From Octopus vulgaris (taxonomy: Eukaryota), in assembly GCA_951406725.2 (NCBI GenBank), contig OX597815.1:60884001-60948000 (forward strand): a DNA stretch of 64,000 bases. The letters run 5' to 3'. The position numbers and the translations under genes are program-made. The notes below the pieces were generated by a model that did not search any database, was not told the DNA's origin, and was given only the letters and a program-made list of their open reading frames with translations. Below are positions 28,521-42,594 of this stretch, piece by piece. Positions within the stretch are counted from its first letter, which is position 1. Each line of letters opens with the position of its first letter.

Positions 28521-28541
28521 TCATTATTATTATTATTATTA

Positions 28542-28593
<52 letters not shown>

Positions 28594-29404
28594 CATCATC
28601 ATCATCATTATTATTATTATTAGCTGTCTGTCTGTCTGTGAGTGAGCGACCAAATAAAGAATACAGTAAAGAGCTGACAGTGTGAGTAGATGGAACAATG
28701 AGAGAGGATATGAATAATAGAGAGTAGCAGTGTAAACGAGAGAAAGAAAGAGAGAGAGAGAGAGATTAAGAAGATACGAGAAGGGGCAGAGAGTGTGAAT
28801 AAGAGAGAAAGGGAGAGGGTGAATTAGAAAACTAATAGAAACACAAGTTGAGATGTAAAGTTTTTCCTGTAAACAGATCAAATAACTGTGTTCGGAGTAG
28901 ATTCCCATGGCATTTCATTTTCATATTGTGATACACTATCTTTAAGCACACCAGTAAACATTACTGACTACTTGTGTGTGTGTGTGTGTGTGTAGCTGTC
29001 TGTGTGCGTACGTAGGTACACACACACACACACACACACACATATATGCATATACACAATTACATTTTAAGTGCGTATATGTATATATTCATAGAAATAG
29101 AAATATGTAGCCGTTGTTTACTGTTGTTTTAAACATACTTTATCACAAAAATATATGCGTACGTAACACTCCTGCCTACACAGGTAGACACGCACGCATA
29201 CGTACACACGCGCGCACACACACACACATACACATATTCTGGTGTGTCTTTATTTTTGTGTAAACACACAAACTATAGTATTCACACACAGCCACGCACA
29301 TGTACACACGTGTATACATACCTACATACATACATAAAACCACACATGCATATACATACCCCCCCCCCACACACACACACAAACACACACATATATATAT
29401 ATAT

Positions 29405-29812
29405 ATATCTGTAAATATAGTATGGGACCATTATTCGGTAGCCATGATAAAACTCCAAGTTTCGGATGTCAGGGTGAAAAGCCACACCTCCATCTCTACA
29501 GTTATCCAGCCACCGAAAAAAATGCTACGAAAATGACCAGTCAGTTAGCAGTCATTCTAATAGCTCTTTTGTTTTAATAACGGCAAATAACGCAGTAATT
29601 TCCCTTTGTTTAGCGGTCATTTTTATAGCATTTTTCGATGACCGGATAACTGAAGAGATGGCGGCGTGGGTTTCCGCCCCGATATCCGAAACTCGGAGTT
29701 TTATCATGGGTACCGACTAATTGTCATATATTATATTTACAGATAAATTCCTCTATTTACATAATATCGAGGTCTTTTTTATTCTTTTGTTGTCTTACCA
29801 TTTCTATCAATA
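29405..29812. mobile_element. solo inverted pLTR pair of the Hydra-PLE family with two HHRs (29446-29506 minus, 29645-29705 plus)
   Basis: gauaa-CUGAAGA-gau...auc-c-GAAA-CUCGGAG-UU-uuauc; homologous to 18865-19008 and 61500-61800; (TA)n flanks. Confidence 0.85.
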
Positions 29813-30184
29813 TATATATATATACATAAGAAACAGGATGATTCTTTTATTAGAGCAAATTTGGCTTACAGCTGTTTCCAGTAGTCATTATAGGTACATT
29901 ACTGATAGGTTTGTAAGCCAAATTTGCTCAAATGACCATTATTTTTAACTTGTTTCTTATAGATCGTTCTATGTAAAAACTAGTTTATCTGGAGCCCGTC
30001 CACGGATTTATAATATAGAATTGTGATGAACCATAACTTGGGACCCTACCAAAAGATTATTTGGAGTTCTTCACTAATCTAAGTAATATTGTTAGTCTGG
30101 TGTGCTAACAGAGAGGGTATGAAGTGTTTTGCCACGATTGATAATCACTATTTATTCTGTTTTATATATGCATATATATATATT

Positions 30185-30273
<89 letters not shown>

Positions 30274-30753
30274 TGATGGATGGATGTGCAAACATGCTAT
30301 CTTAAAAGTAGGGCATTTAACAGTGACTTTGGTGAATGCTTTTCCAGTTTTTAAATGTTGGAGACATTGCTTTCATTTTGTTCAGTTGGTAGGTGTAAGG
30401 TACGCGTAGTGGTAGGTATGTAGATGTTATATTCTGCACATCACCACCTCCAGTGATGTGACGTAGAGAACAGATCTTTTCTCGGACACAGACCATTGAA
30501 TGGTGCTCGTGGTTTGATACACCTGGATGATGAGATGTAGGTTTGATTTGTGTAGTCACTCAATGAACTTTAAAGTAAAGTATAGATTTTACATTGAAGA
30601 AACGGAATGGTTAAACATTGTTGTAATAAAACCCAGGTGAACGATCTATGAAATACATATTTAATCAATGAATATATGCTAATAAGAAATTAGAATTATA
30701 GTTATAGAGGTAACTAGGAAATCGAGAGTTGAAAGAAATATGGAACTATATGT

Positions 30754-30839
<86 letters not shown>

Positions 30840-30863
30840 GTGTTATTTTATAAGCTTAAATCC

Positions 30864-31166
30864 TATAGCGATCACCGCGAAATGACTAAAGAAATAGTTT
30901 AATAATGGGACGTATAAGCCCTCGACAGAAAAAAGTAGGTTTTCCCGTACGCGTGGGACTCGAGCCCACACTTTTTCATTTACACGACAAAGTGTGCTAC
31001 CGATTACACCAGCTAATCTACCAGGTAAGTTCGCTGACGTATTCGGTAGCACACGAGATGTGGGTTCGAGTCACACGCGTACGGGAAAACCTACTTTTAT
31101 CTGTCGAGGGCTTATATGCCCCATTATTAGACTATTTCTTTAGTCCATTGCGTGGTGATCGCTATA
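30864..31166. mobile_element. head-to-head inverted pair of tRNA-derived SINE-like sequences
   Basis: About 30864-31013 is the reverse complement of about 31033-31166; each has an A-box (tggtgtaatcgg / tgacgtattcgg) and B-box (ggctcgagtcc / ggttcgagtca). Confidence 0.8.
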
Positions 31167-31217
31167 AGCTTTATACATACATACATACATACATACATAC
31201 ATACATACATACATACA

Positions 31218-31260
<43 letters not shown>

Positions 31261-31265
<5 letters not shown>

Positions 31266-31498
31266 TAAATGAAATAAAACATATGCATATATATAAACAT
31301 ATATGTACGTACCTACCTCTACATGTACATATACACGCATATATGAGTACAGGACACCAAAGGGACGTCGAACACAAGGAGAAACGAAAACATAGACACA
31401 AACCAAAGGAACTGGACATTTTTTTAAAAACAACAAAAAATGGAGTACAAAGAAAAAACCCCTTCTTCAGTCGCTATGGTTTCATCTACTCTACGTTT
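31261..31498 (-). repeat. truncated copy of the repeat at 36397-36652
   Basis: Near-identical reverse complement; (TA)n flanks. Confidence 0.85.
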
Positions 31499-31508
31499 AT
31501 ATATATAT

Positions 31509-33452
31509 AACGGGAAGGTTTACGAAAATAAACAAAAGACGAAGACAGGTGGAGTACAAACAAACAAATGTATTAGTATGGCACTCCGGAATAGAAATAG
31601 AACAAGTCTTTTACGTTACGAGCCTACGTTATTCGACAGAAAGATACACAGAAAAAAAACAAGGAGAGAAAAAAAATGCGTGTAGGAGCTAACGGTCTAT
31701 CATGGCGTTCTGACTTCAGGCAGAAGTCAGAGGTCAGAGGTCAGACGTTAGACGCTAGAGGGATAGTAGGGGAGATAACAGGGTCAAGTGACTTCCAAAA
31801 CGAAGGTGGCCCCCAACACGAAGGTGCGTGTGTGTATAAGAGAGTATGTATGTGAGTGTGAAAGAGGGCTGGTGGTCTGGACGTGTGTATGTATATATGT
31901 GTGGGTGTGGAGATATGGGGATGGGTGTGTGGGTGGTGTGTTGTGATGTATAGGTGTAAAGATGTGGGGATGGGTGTGTGGGCAGTGTGCTGTGGGTGGT
32001 GTGTTATGATGTGATGTGTAATGTCGTATGGTGTAGTGTAGTGTGGTGTGATGTTGTGGGGAGGTGGGGGTGAGAGTGGTGAAAGCCCATGTGGGGTGTG
32101 GGTTCGGCTGGGGATTGGGGTGGTGTTGTGGGGAGAGAAGAGAGAGGAGGGGAGAGGAGGAGGTGGGAGAGAGAAGGAGGGAGAGGAGGAGAAGGAGAAA
32201 AGGAGAGAGGGGGTTGAGGGGGAGAGAGGAGGGGGAGGGGAGGGGAGATAAAGGGAGTGAGGGAGCAGAGAGAAAGAGAGAAGGGGAAGAGGAAAGAAGA
32301 AAGAAGAAGAGGGAAGAAGGGGGAAGAAGGGAAAGAAGGGAAGAGGAGGGAAAGAGAGTAGGGGTGAAAAGATGAAGGACTGAAGAGAAGTAGGAGTCGG
32401 GGGGAGGTTAGATGAAAAGGGGGAGAGTTGAGCCCAAATGGCGCAAAAGAGCGAAGAGAGAAGATTAATCCCTGTTCACGGCGCAAGCGGGAATCCGGAT
32501 GGCCTCTGCAAGGACAATCCGAACACAGACAGGTGTTGCAAGGAGTGACCGGTGGAGCGGAAATGGCGTGAGACTGGTGTGTCATTGGCGAGGCGGATGT
32601 CTCGGAGGTGTTCCGCGAACCGGTCAGCCAAGTGCGTCCCGTTTGTCCGATGTACAGGGAATGGCAGAGAGAGCAGGAGATGCAATAGATGATATTGCTG
32701 GAGGTGCAGGTGAAGGAGTCGATGATGCGATGGGTGCCGGTGAGGAGGGTGGTGTTAGAGAGGTAAGGGCAAGTGCGGTAACGTGGGCGGGAGCAGGGGA
32801 ACGAGTCAGGTTGGGAGGTAGGGTCAGGGAAGAAGCTGTGGACCAAGAGGTCTCGTAGGTTATGGGCTCGTTTGAAGGAGGGGAGGGGTCGGTTAGGGAA
32901 GAGGTGTGAAGTGGACGAGTTGGACTGGAGATGCCGGAAAGCTCGAAGAATGATGCGTTGGAGAGGTAGGGTCGTGGGGGTGGTAAGTGAGGGGGAAAAG
33001 GGAGGCGGGAGACTGCAGGGCGGGTTCGGGGGGAGAGAGCAGATGCACGGTCTACGGAACGTGCTCTGGCAAGGGCGGTGTGGATAGTGGTGAGGGGTAT
33101 CCACGTAGGATGAAGTAGCGAGCCATGAGTTGAGACTGAGTCTCAAAGTCATGGTCGTCACTACAGAGCCTATGTAGACGGAGGAATTGGGAATAGGGGA
33201 TGGAAAGCTTGATGTGTTTGGGGTGGGAGGAAGAGAAGTTGATGTATGAATGTGAGTCTGTGTTTGTAGTGGATGGAGGCGGTAAGAGTGGAGTGATGAA
33301 TGCTGACCGAAATGTCGAGGAAGGAGACAGAGGTGTTGGAGATAGTGCTGGTGAAGTGGAGGGCAGGATGGAAGGATTGAATGAAAGAGAGGAAGGAGTC
33401 TAGATGTTCACGGGAGAGTGAGGTGGCACCGATAATGTCGTCAATGTAACGA

Positions 33453-33455
<3 letters not shown>
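31509..33455 (-). mobile_element. Neptune-like PLE (RT C-half plus GIY-YIG, pyrimidine-rich 3' region, pLTR)
   Basis: GRYIDDI..., SFLDISV, FSSSHP, PCSRPRYRTC, FTCTSSNIIYCISCSLC..LYIGQTG; degenerate HHR at 31607-31644 (CUGUCGA...GUAACGUA); (TA)n flanks. Confidence 0.9.
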
Positions 33456-33491
<36 letters not shown>

Positions 33492-33498
<7 letters not shown>

Positions 33499-34219
33499 AT
33501 CGCTATTTACTAACTAACTATAAATCTATATTAATAAAAATTGATATATATATATTTAGATAAATATGAAATGATTTCAATATCCTCCATCCCTATATAA
33601 GATACTAAAATTTATTGGAATCCTTTGGAAAAAAACTATCTAAAGGATATTTATTTAAAATCACAAGCAGGATATGGCTGTTAAATGGTTAAGAACATTT
33701 GTAATCTCGAGAGCATTAGTAGTCTCTATTCTCCCTACCCCAATAGCTTCAGCCTGCTAACTTTAGCTAAAATACATTCAAATATGCCAAAGTTAAATTC
33801 CTCATAATGGGGTTGGATTTATGGCTTTGACATTTATACTACCCCTTCCTCTATGTATAAATAGAAAAAAATTCTCATTTGTCTCCATTGAACCAAATAA
33901 GAAACCCCCTCCCCATTGATAAATCTAAATAACAAAATGAACTCAGTGACAAAATATCTGCCTATAGGGAAGGACCTTCTACTACCATGTTCTTAATGAT
34001 GAAATTAACCTCTCTGTCTATATATCTACCCTCTTTGTAATGTTGGCAAATGGAATAAGTATAAAAATGTACATTGTCTACTTAATTAAAAAATTCTATA
34101 TGTGGCTGAAGATTGCTCTACATTTTAAAACTGATGTAATGCTTGCATTGTTTAATAAAATGAAGTAGCATGAAACGATTGTACTACACTACCTTAGATA
34201 TCCTTGTTGCTTATTTTGA

Positions 34220-34220
<1 letters not shown>
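33492..34220 (+). mobile_element. non-autonomous HHR element (family shared with 36723-38190)
   Basis: Aligns by eye with 37470-38190; HHR near the 3' end; (TA)n flanks. Confidence 0.8.
34101..34188 (+). ncRNA. type I hammerhead ribozyme
   Basis: ugugg-CUGAAGA-uugcu...agcau-GAAA-CGAUUG-UA-cuaca. Confidence 0.82.
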
Positions 34221-34253
<33 letters not shown>

Positions 34254-35483
34254 GTAAATAAAATGAATGCATAACATTTAATGCTAAGTTTCGAGTACTA
34301 AAAATTCTATGCCGAACGGATGACATATCTACTGTATTGAAGAGACGGAAGAAGAAAATACTGGAGTCATGAAATTTTAATGAACAATGTATGAAAATTT
34401 TGGCTAATGAAGAAATTTGAGTTTGTAAGAAATTAAGATTGCACCTGATTGAAGAATGGCGATGAAAACATTACCTTAGCAATTAACTGAAAAATGAATT
34501 TTAAAAATGAATGAATTCTTAAAGTTCTTTTTTCTTTATAATATTTCCTGTGCCAGAAAATTATTTGAAACCTATATTTAAACGATCAATGGACGTTGAC
34601 AGCGAGTTGAATAGAATATATGAATAATGATATAATACTTTTTACAGAGTGATTAAAATTGTAATTAATTGAAATATTTGCCACCGGAATTGAAATATTT
34701 ATTTAAATATATTTCAATGAAATGAACAAAGTCTTTACTTAGCGTTATTTTTGTTTAAAACTCCGGTGACAAGAATTACTGTATTGGAATGAAAATACTC
34801 CGACATGGGTAAATGAATTTAAACGCGCAATGAAATGAAGCACATATTGGAATAGAAGAAACTAAACTATATTTATATATTATCTGATATTCTATTATAT
34901 ACTGCTTCTTATATTATCATATGTTATACAATATGTTAATAAGGCTTTGAAATAATAATTTTATATCTTGTATTATAATAGAATTCGACAATGACTGAAG
35001 CATACAAAATATTGGAACTGATTTACGTTTATGGTTCGTAGATGAAAATTTGTTTAACTGAAAGTTGTGGGCTGCAGTTACACATTCATGTGGTCGGCTA
35101 AACGACAATAATAGCGAAATAGATCGTCATCCTCTTCCTCCTCCTCCTCCTCATCATCACTATCATCATCATCCACATCACCATCGGTATCTCACGGTTC
35201 CGAATATTTGAATCTTTTGTGTTCTCAGTTGATTACACACACACGCACACACACACACACACACATATTTGACCAGTGATAAACATTCTCAATAACGACA
35301 TGAGAGTTGACGCTGAGTCTAAAAGACCGGTGTAGCACCTCACCCTCATTTCTGTTTCGTCTTGTTCCATTAAGAATTTAATTTTTATGAATAGTATCGT
35401 TCACTTCTTAAATGAAGAGCTGTTATCTAAACAAATTTAGGAAAGTTTTGGTAGAATGCTTCGATCAGTCCGAAGCTATGTAG

Positions 35484-35544
35484 AAAGACAATAGCCTGAG
35501 AAAGCCAACAGTGAAGACAATAGCCTGAGAAAGCCAACAGTGAA
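35484..35544. repeat. 29-bp tandem duplication
   Basis: aagacaatagcctgagaaagccaacagtg occurs twice. Confidence 0.9.
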
Positions 35545-35734
35545 ATCGAAACCAGGATATGATGACTGCGACGTTAATTTCTTAAATCTCTCTGTCAAGT
35601 CGGCGTCCTCACACTTTACAAGCATTTACATTGAATGACATACTGTATGTACGTGTTTGCCTCGGCATATACGTATATATATTTATATATATTTGATATA
35701 TACATACATATACATACATATATATGTATATATA

Positions 35735-35829
<95 letters not shown>

Positions 35830-36667
35830 CCCCTTAAGTAAGATTGTTCTGTATATCAAGTTTTGGTCTTGATATTAACTCTGACGCGCACTCTTCACCT
35901 TTCTGTCCCATCCCTATTCTTTGATTTCCTTTTCTCTACTTAACTTGTCTCTTCCTCTCTCTCTCATTCTTCACTCTCTCTCTCCCCCTCACAATTCTTC
36001 ATGGTTTCCTCGCAGCCATTCCCCTTCTTCTCTCTCTTTCTCTTGCTCCTCTCTCCCCCCTTCCCGTCGTTCACCCGCGACGATACTTCCGCTCTGACTG
36101 TCTTTCTGGCCTGGCCTTTCAAGGTAACGGACGACATTCTTCCTACTCCCCTGTCGTTCACAAAATATTCTGCGTTTGCAATACTTTTTTTCGTTCGGCG
36201 TCAACAGCCCTTATCTTGTTTTTCCCTGTCCTGTCTTTTACTGTTTATATTTTTGTACTGTCGTTACTGTCCTGTTTTTTTACCATTTTTTTACCATTTT
36301 TTACCCCTCTGCGAAAAGATCTCAGAATTTTAATTGATTTGCTTTTCGCAGGAAGGAAAGTTTCTTGTCGAAGATACGTCTCGCTTTTATCCTTCGAAAC
36401 GTAGAGTAGATGAAACCATAGCGACTGAAGAAGGGGTTTTTTCTTTGTGTTAATTGTCCTGTACTCCATTTTTTTGTTGTTTTTAAAAAAAAATGTCCAG
36501 TTCCGTTGGTTTGTGTCTATGTTTTCGTTTCTCTTTGTGTTCGACGTCCCTTTGGTGTCCTGTACTCATATATACGTGTATATGTACACGTAGAGGTAGG
36601 TACGTACATATATGTTTATATATATGCATATGTTTTATTTCATTTATTAATATATATATATATATAC

Positions 36668-36722
<55 letters not shown>

Positions 36723-36727
<5 letters not shown>

Positions 36728-38190
36728 AAATAAGCAACAAGGATATCCAGAGGTAATGCAGTACGATCGTTTTCATGCGACTCCATTTGATTGAACAATG
36801 CAAGTATTACATCAGTTTTAAAATGTAGAGCAATCTTCAGCTGCATAAAAGTATAGAATTTAGTTAAATTTAAAAGATTCAACGTAAAGTATAATAGCCA
36901 TCTCAATATGGCTAACCACTGTAGCTTTTAGCCCCAGGAGATCATCGTCTCCAGCTGGCTTTAGGCACACTATCTGTGCTCTTATGGTATTTGCAAAGGG
37001 AGGTCATCCCTCTCTCGTCAGCCTAAAGTGATACGCACGGACCGCAGTTTCGAGGTATTTGCCTCTTGTCAACGCACGGTAATCACCGGTTTACGATGAA
37101 AAGGAAGACCTGTTTGCAAATACTTAAGTGTTTTTCTAGTAACTTCCGTCACTGATTTCGAAAAACTGTCTGCAAGCAATAATAAATCTCTGAACGAGAT
37201 GTAAACAGTAACCGCTCGACAACGTAAAGTATAATAGCCATCTCAATAAAAGATTCAGTTTTATAGTTATTCTATTAACCAAAATCACTACGAGGGTAAG
37301 TAGGTAGACAGAGAACAAGTTTCATCAGCAATATCATAGTAGTAACTGATATTTTTTTCCATGAAGACACTGCTTATCATTGATTTTACTTTGTTATTTA
37401 GATTTATTAGCATATAGAAAATATATGAAATTTTTAACATATTCCTTTAATTTAACTCATTAATACCAATAAATTACTATTTTCTAATTAACTATAAATT
37501 TATATTAAATTGGTATAGAAACTTTTATAAATTTGAAATTATTTCTATATTCTCCATCCCTATATTGTGTAAAATATTGAAATTATTCTGATTCTTTGAA
37601 AAACTCTCTAAAATGTACGTATTTATTTCAAATTACCATTGGGATTATGGCTGTCAAATAGTTAAGTATTATAAGTTTTTACTCTCCCTACCCCATCAGC
37701 TTTAGCCTGCTAATTTTGGCTGAAATATATTCATACTGGACCCAAATGGTTTCTACTTCAAAGGGATCTTGATTTATGGCTCTGCCACTTAAACAGTCTT
37801 TTTCTCTATTCATAAAAGATAAACTCTTGGTTTCCACTAGACCTGATAAACTAGTCTATAAACTTAAACCCCCTTCTCCAGTAGTAAATCTAAATAACAA
37901 AATAAAATCAATGATAAGCAGTGTCTTCATGGAAAAAAATATCAGTTACTATTATGATATTGCTAATGAAACTTATTCTCTGTCTACCTACTTACCCTCT
38001 TTGTGATTTTGGTTAATGGAATAACTATAAAAATGAATCTTTTAAATTTAACTAATTTCTATATTTTTATGCAGCTGAAGATTGCTCTACATTTTAAAAC
38101 TCATGTAATACTTGCATTGTTCAATTAAATGGAGTCGCATGAAAACGATCGTACTGCATTACCTCTGAATATTCATGTTGCTTATTTTGA
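36723..38190. mobile_element. foldback HHR element with a nested insertion
   Basis: 36723-36881 plus 37258-37405 is the reverse complement of about 37885-38190. HHRs at 36756-36846 (minus) and 38069-38159 (plus): augcag-CUGAAGA-uugc...gcau-GAAAA-CGAUCG-UA-cugcau. Confidence 0.88.
36882..37246 (-). mobile_element. 340-bp-period terminally redundant insert with degenerate HHR and 11-bp TSD
   Basis: TSD taaaagattca (36871-36881, 37247-37257); 29-bp direct repeat at 36880-36908 and 37220-37248; HHR at 37035-37077 (UUGACAA-gagg..ccuc-GAAA-CUGCG-GUC). Confidence 0.85.
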
Positions 38191-38290
38191 TTATAATCAC
38201 CCCATTTTGAATTATATGAATAATACCATACAAAATTCTGGTACTTTTAACTTAAGTACCATACTCAACTGAATCTAAACTTTTACTGAA

Positions 38291-38324
<34 letters not shown>

Positions 38325-38353
38325 AACCATATATGCATATATATATATATATA

Positions 38354-38407
<54 letters not shown>

Positions 38408-39133
38408 TATATGGTTCAAATATACAAAAACCAAAGGATAGGGACAGGTGACGGAACAACAAACAAGTTGTATTAGTTTCACGGTCTGGAAAAATGGAAA
38501 AGTCATTGACGTTTCGAGCCTACACACTTTGACAAAAAAGAAATAAGAGAAAATAGAGGGAGAGAGAAAAAAGAATATATATATATGTGCATATATTCTT
38601 TATACCCTTGATTGCGGTATGAACGCCACAACGCTATACACATCTATATTCATACAGCGAAATTTCTCCGGTGTATCGCCGATTGCCATATAACTTGGGC
38701 CCAGGAAGCATTAGCCAATTAAACACTAGTCACTACCTCCCTACACTATGGAATAACGAAACATAAACAGCGATATACAGCTTAATTTTATGGAGCTATG
38801 CATCAGTGGACCGTTTAATGTCTTCCAGATTTGCCGATCCTGTTAGAACATAAAATTTAAGAAGGCAACATTTACACACACACACACACGCGCACACACA
38901 CACACACACACACATACACACACGCGCGTAAACGCTCGCAAGCGAAAACACGCATGCATACACACACATACAGATATATACACAGACACTCACACACGTG
39001 CATGCATTTTAATAGACATCACAAAGGTATGCATGTGTACGTGCTTGCGTGTGTCTGCGTATGTGTATGCATATGCATGTATATATATATACACACATCA
39101 TGATATATAATACATAAATATCTTATACACATT

Positions 39134-39199
<66 letters not shown>

Positions 39200-39381
39200 C
39201 ATATATATTACACATATAATATATATATATATTATACATATTGTATATATATGGATATGTGTGAATATATATGTATATACATACACATATATATAAACAC
39301 TCATATATATATAATTCGCTACAAACTTTTGCACAAGGACACACGCACATATATACATACATACATACATACATACATACA

Positions 39382-39415
<34 letters not shown>

Positions 39416-40641
39416 CATACATACGTGCAGACATACATATATACATGCATATAAGCATACATACAAACCTACATATGTATGTTGGTAAATATGAAGATTT
39501 GTGTACGTGTATATATACACTCAAACACATTGAAGTATATACAAGACAATATACACACAAGAAAAACATTCGAAGATACATAGGCCCAGATTACATAAAC
39601 ATCAACATAAAATATACATACTCAAGTATACTCCCTTAATATGATATACATGCACAATGCACACACACACACACACACATACACATACATATACACACAC
39701 ACATACACACACTCACGCACATTCTTCACACACATGCACATTCCTCACACACATGCACATTCCACACACGCACTCCTAAGTATTGTACATTTCTACAGAT
39801 ACTCTTACATAGAAGCATAAACATACAATGAGCCACACATACATAATTATGCACTATAACACGCACATATATGTTCATACATAATCACAATCATGTGACA
39901 TGTATACATATTTATGCGTGCATGTGTATATACATATACACATACATATATAATATATTATATACATATATATATATATACATGCATACATATATATATA
40001 TATATATATACATTCATATACAAACCTATATGTTGATATATAGTACACACCCACACACAAATACATAAATACAGCCAGATTCTTGTAAGTTTGGTTTATT
40101 TCTTAGTCACGAAAATCATTTCCTGTTTTCTGGGGGGGGGGGGCTGTGTGTGTATGTGTGTGTGCCAGTGTGTGAGTAGGTATGTCAATATAAAAGCGTT
40201 TGTGCATTTGCACCTAAGTGTGTTTCCATATGTAAGTGTGCATGTACCTATATCAGTATGTGTGTGTTTGCTTGTGTTTGTGTGTGTGTCTGTTTCGCTT
40301 CCCGCTAGATGTCTCTGTTCATACATCTGACATAAGCGTCGTCGGCGTCATAACAAGGTCCAACGACTTGCATCGCCACATGGTGATTAGCCTGTTAAAG
40401 AAACATCAAGTGTTGTTCGGTGTACATAAAGATCAAAGGCAATCTGGAATTGACTGTCAACACGAAATTGAAAAATCTGGCTGGCGGTACAGTGTAGAGG
40501 TGTGAGAGGAAGACGGGAGTGGGGAGAGAGAGTGGAAGGAAGAGATATGTAAAGTAATGAAGAGGAAAATGTAAATGAATGGAAAAACGGATAGAGAGAG
40601 CGATAGTGATAAATGGATGTCATATGTGTATGTTTCTCTTT

Positions 40642-40710
<69 letters not shown>

Positions 40711-40844
40711 GAGAAGAGAGACTATATATATAATATATATGGGCATAGATATACATATTTTATATACAATTTTATGTTTACATATATGCATACATGCATA
40801 TACCTATATGCAGACATACATACGTTCATACAAACATACATACT

Positions 40845-40876
<32 letters not shown>

Positions 40877-40949
40877 TACACGCATTCACACAAATATACA
40901 GATATGTGTGTGTAGTAGATGTATTATATATGTATGGAACTTTACCCAT

Positions 40950-41060
<111 letters not shown>

Positions 41061-41283
41061 GTAGGTAGGTAGGTAGGTAGGTAGGTAGGTATGTAGGTAT
41101 GTATGTAGGTAGGTAGGTAGGTAGGTAGGTAGGTAGGTAGGTAGGTAGGTAGATCGATATAAGGAGACATAACTAGATAAATAGATCAACTCGACGTAAA
41201 CACAAACACTTACATATATATGCATATCTGTGTTCGAGAGTACAAGTATGTGCGTGTGAGTCCCTGTTTGTATGTATGTGTGC

Positions 41284-41355
<72 letters not shown>

Positions 41356-41679
41356 TTGTGTGTGTGTGTGTGTGTGTGAAAAGTTGCTGAGTGAATAATC
41401 TGTCGAAGTTTAGATTTGCTGGTTATCAAAATGTTAATTAAAGAGTATAAAATTGGTGTTATATTTGGTAGTTAATTTGTGGCTGATGTGTGCGAGATAA
41501 ATAAGATGGAGAATATAAATGGTCTGAAGGCGGGGCTCTGTATTCCTGGTGTGTACAGTGAAACAAACTGTTAGAATAATTTTGGGGTTTGCGAAAGGTA
41601 TTGGATTTCTAACTTCATAATGGGGAAAAATATAAATTGTTTGAACTTAATATGTCTCTGTTCGACAAGAGATGTCAGC

Positions 41680-41890
41680 TACCTGTAGCCAATCAAGTAA
41701 CCTTGTCGTCTTCTAGGTCCTTCCCCCATTTGCAGTTTCCGGTTTACAGTTTTATCTTCATGCTCACTCACTCAATGACGCCCAAACTACCGTTTTCTTC
41801 CGGGGTAGTACGTTACTTCCCACGTTGCCCCACTCCCTTGTGTGATACTTGAAAAGTTCATAAAAGGCTCGACGAGAGAGGAGAAATGCT
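41680..41890 (+). promoter_or_regulatory. possible promoter
   Basis: Unique island with CCAAT (41689), TTCCGG twice, a TGACG half-site and TATA-like CATAAAAG (about 41859). Confidence 0.25.
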
Positions 41891-42552
41891 CTTCTTAGAC
41901 CTTTCCATCTCTCCTCAACCAATACTTCTTTCATTAAATCCATAAGATAGAGGGAAAATGACTGCTCTTCCATACGCAACAAATGTTCGGGATAAACACA
42001 GCCAACGCACAGAATCACTATTTGCATTACTCTACAAGTTAGCAATCTTCTGACACTGAGCAAAAGTGTGAGAAACAGTTTCAGCTCATCTTTGCTATGT
42101 GTTTAGAATTTTTTTCCAAAATAGGTAATTGGCAATGCTATACTGATAGATATTTGCATAAGCCTATATCTAAAACACTTCCAGAAATGGCACCTGATCA
42201 CGTCTACATCGCAACAAAATTTTCACCTAAAACAGGGTTTCACAGTCTTAGTCACTTTGAAGCTTACTAGAATACGAAGCATTAAAACATCCTGCTACAC
42301 TTCACGTTGAAAATGTTTAAAATATATATTTCAGAGTTTTAAATATATTAAGAATATAGGAAGCTATTGCATTCCGTACTTTGTTAAACATGTGGAAAAC
42401 AAAATTATAACGAAAAGTACGATATTCAAACGTTAGTCTGGATTTTCAGTAATGTTAATGCTTTGTTTTACTCCTCCGCAACAAAAATTTTAAGAACCAC
42501 TAACGGAGGAAAGCGGCGTATAGCAATGACTAATACTCCAATGCTAACGTTG

Positions 42553-42594
<42 letters not shown>

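Noticed and set aside
32004-33161. 385-aa ORF as a host gene
   Set aside because: Frameshifted PLE endonuclease reading into a pyrimidine-rich tract.
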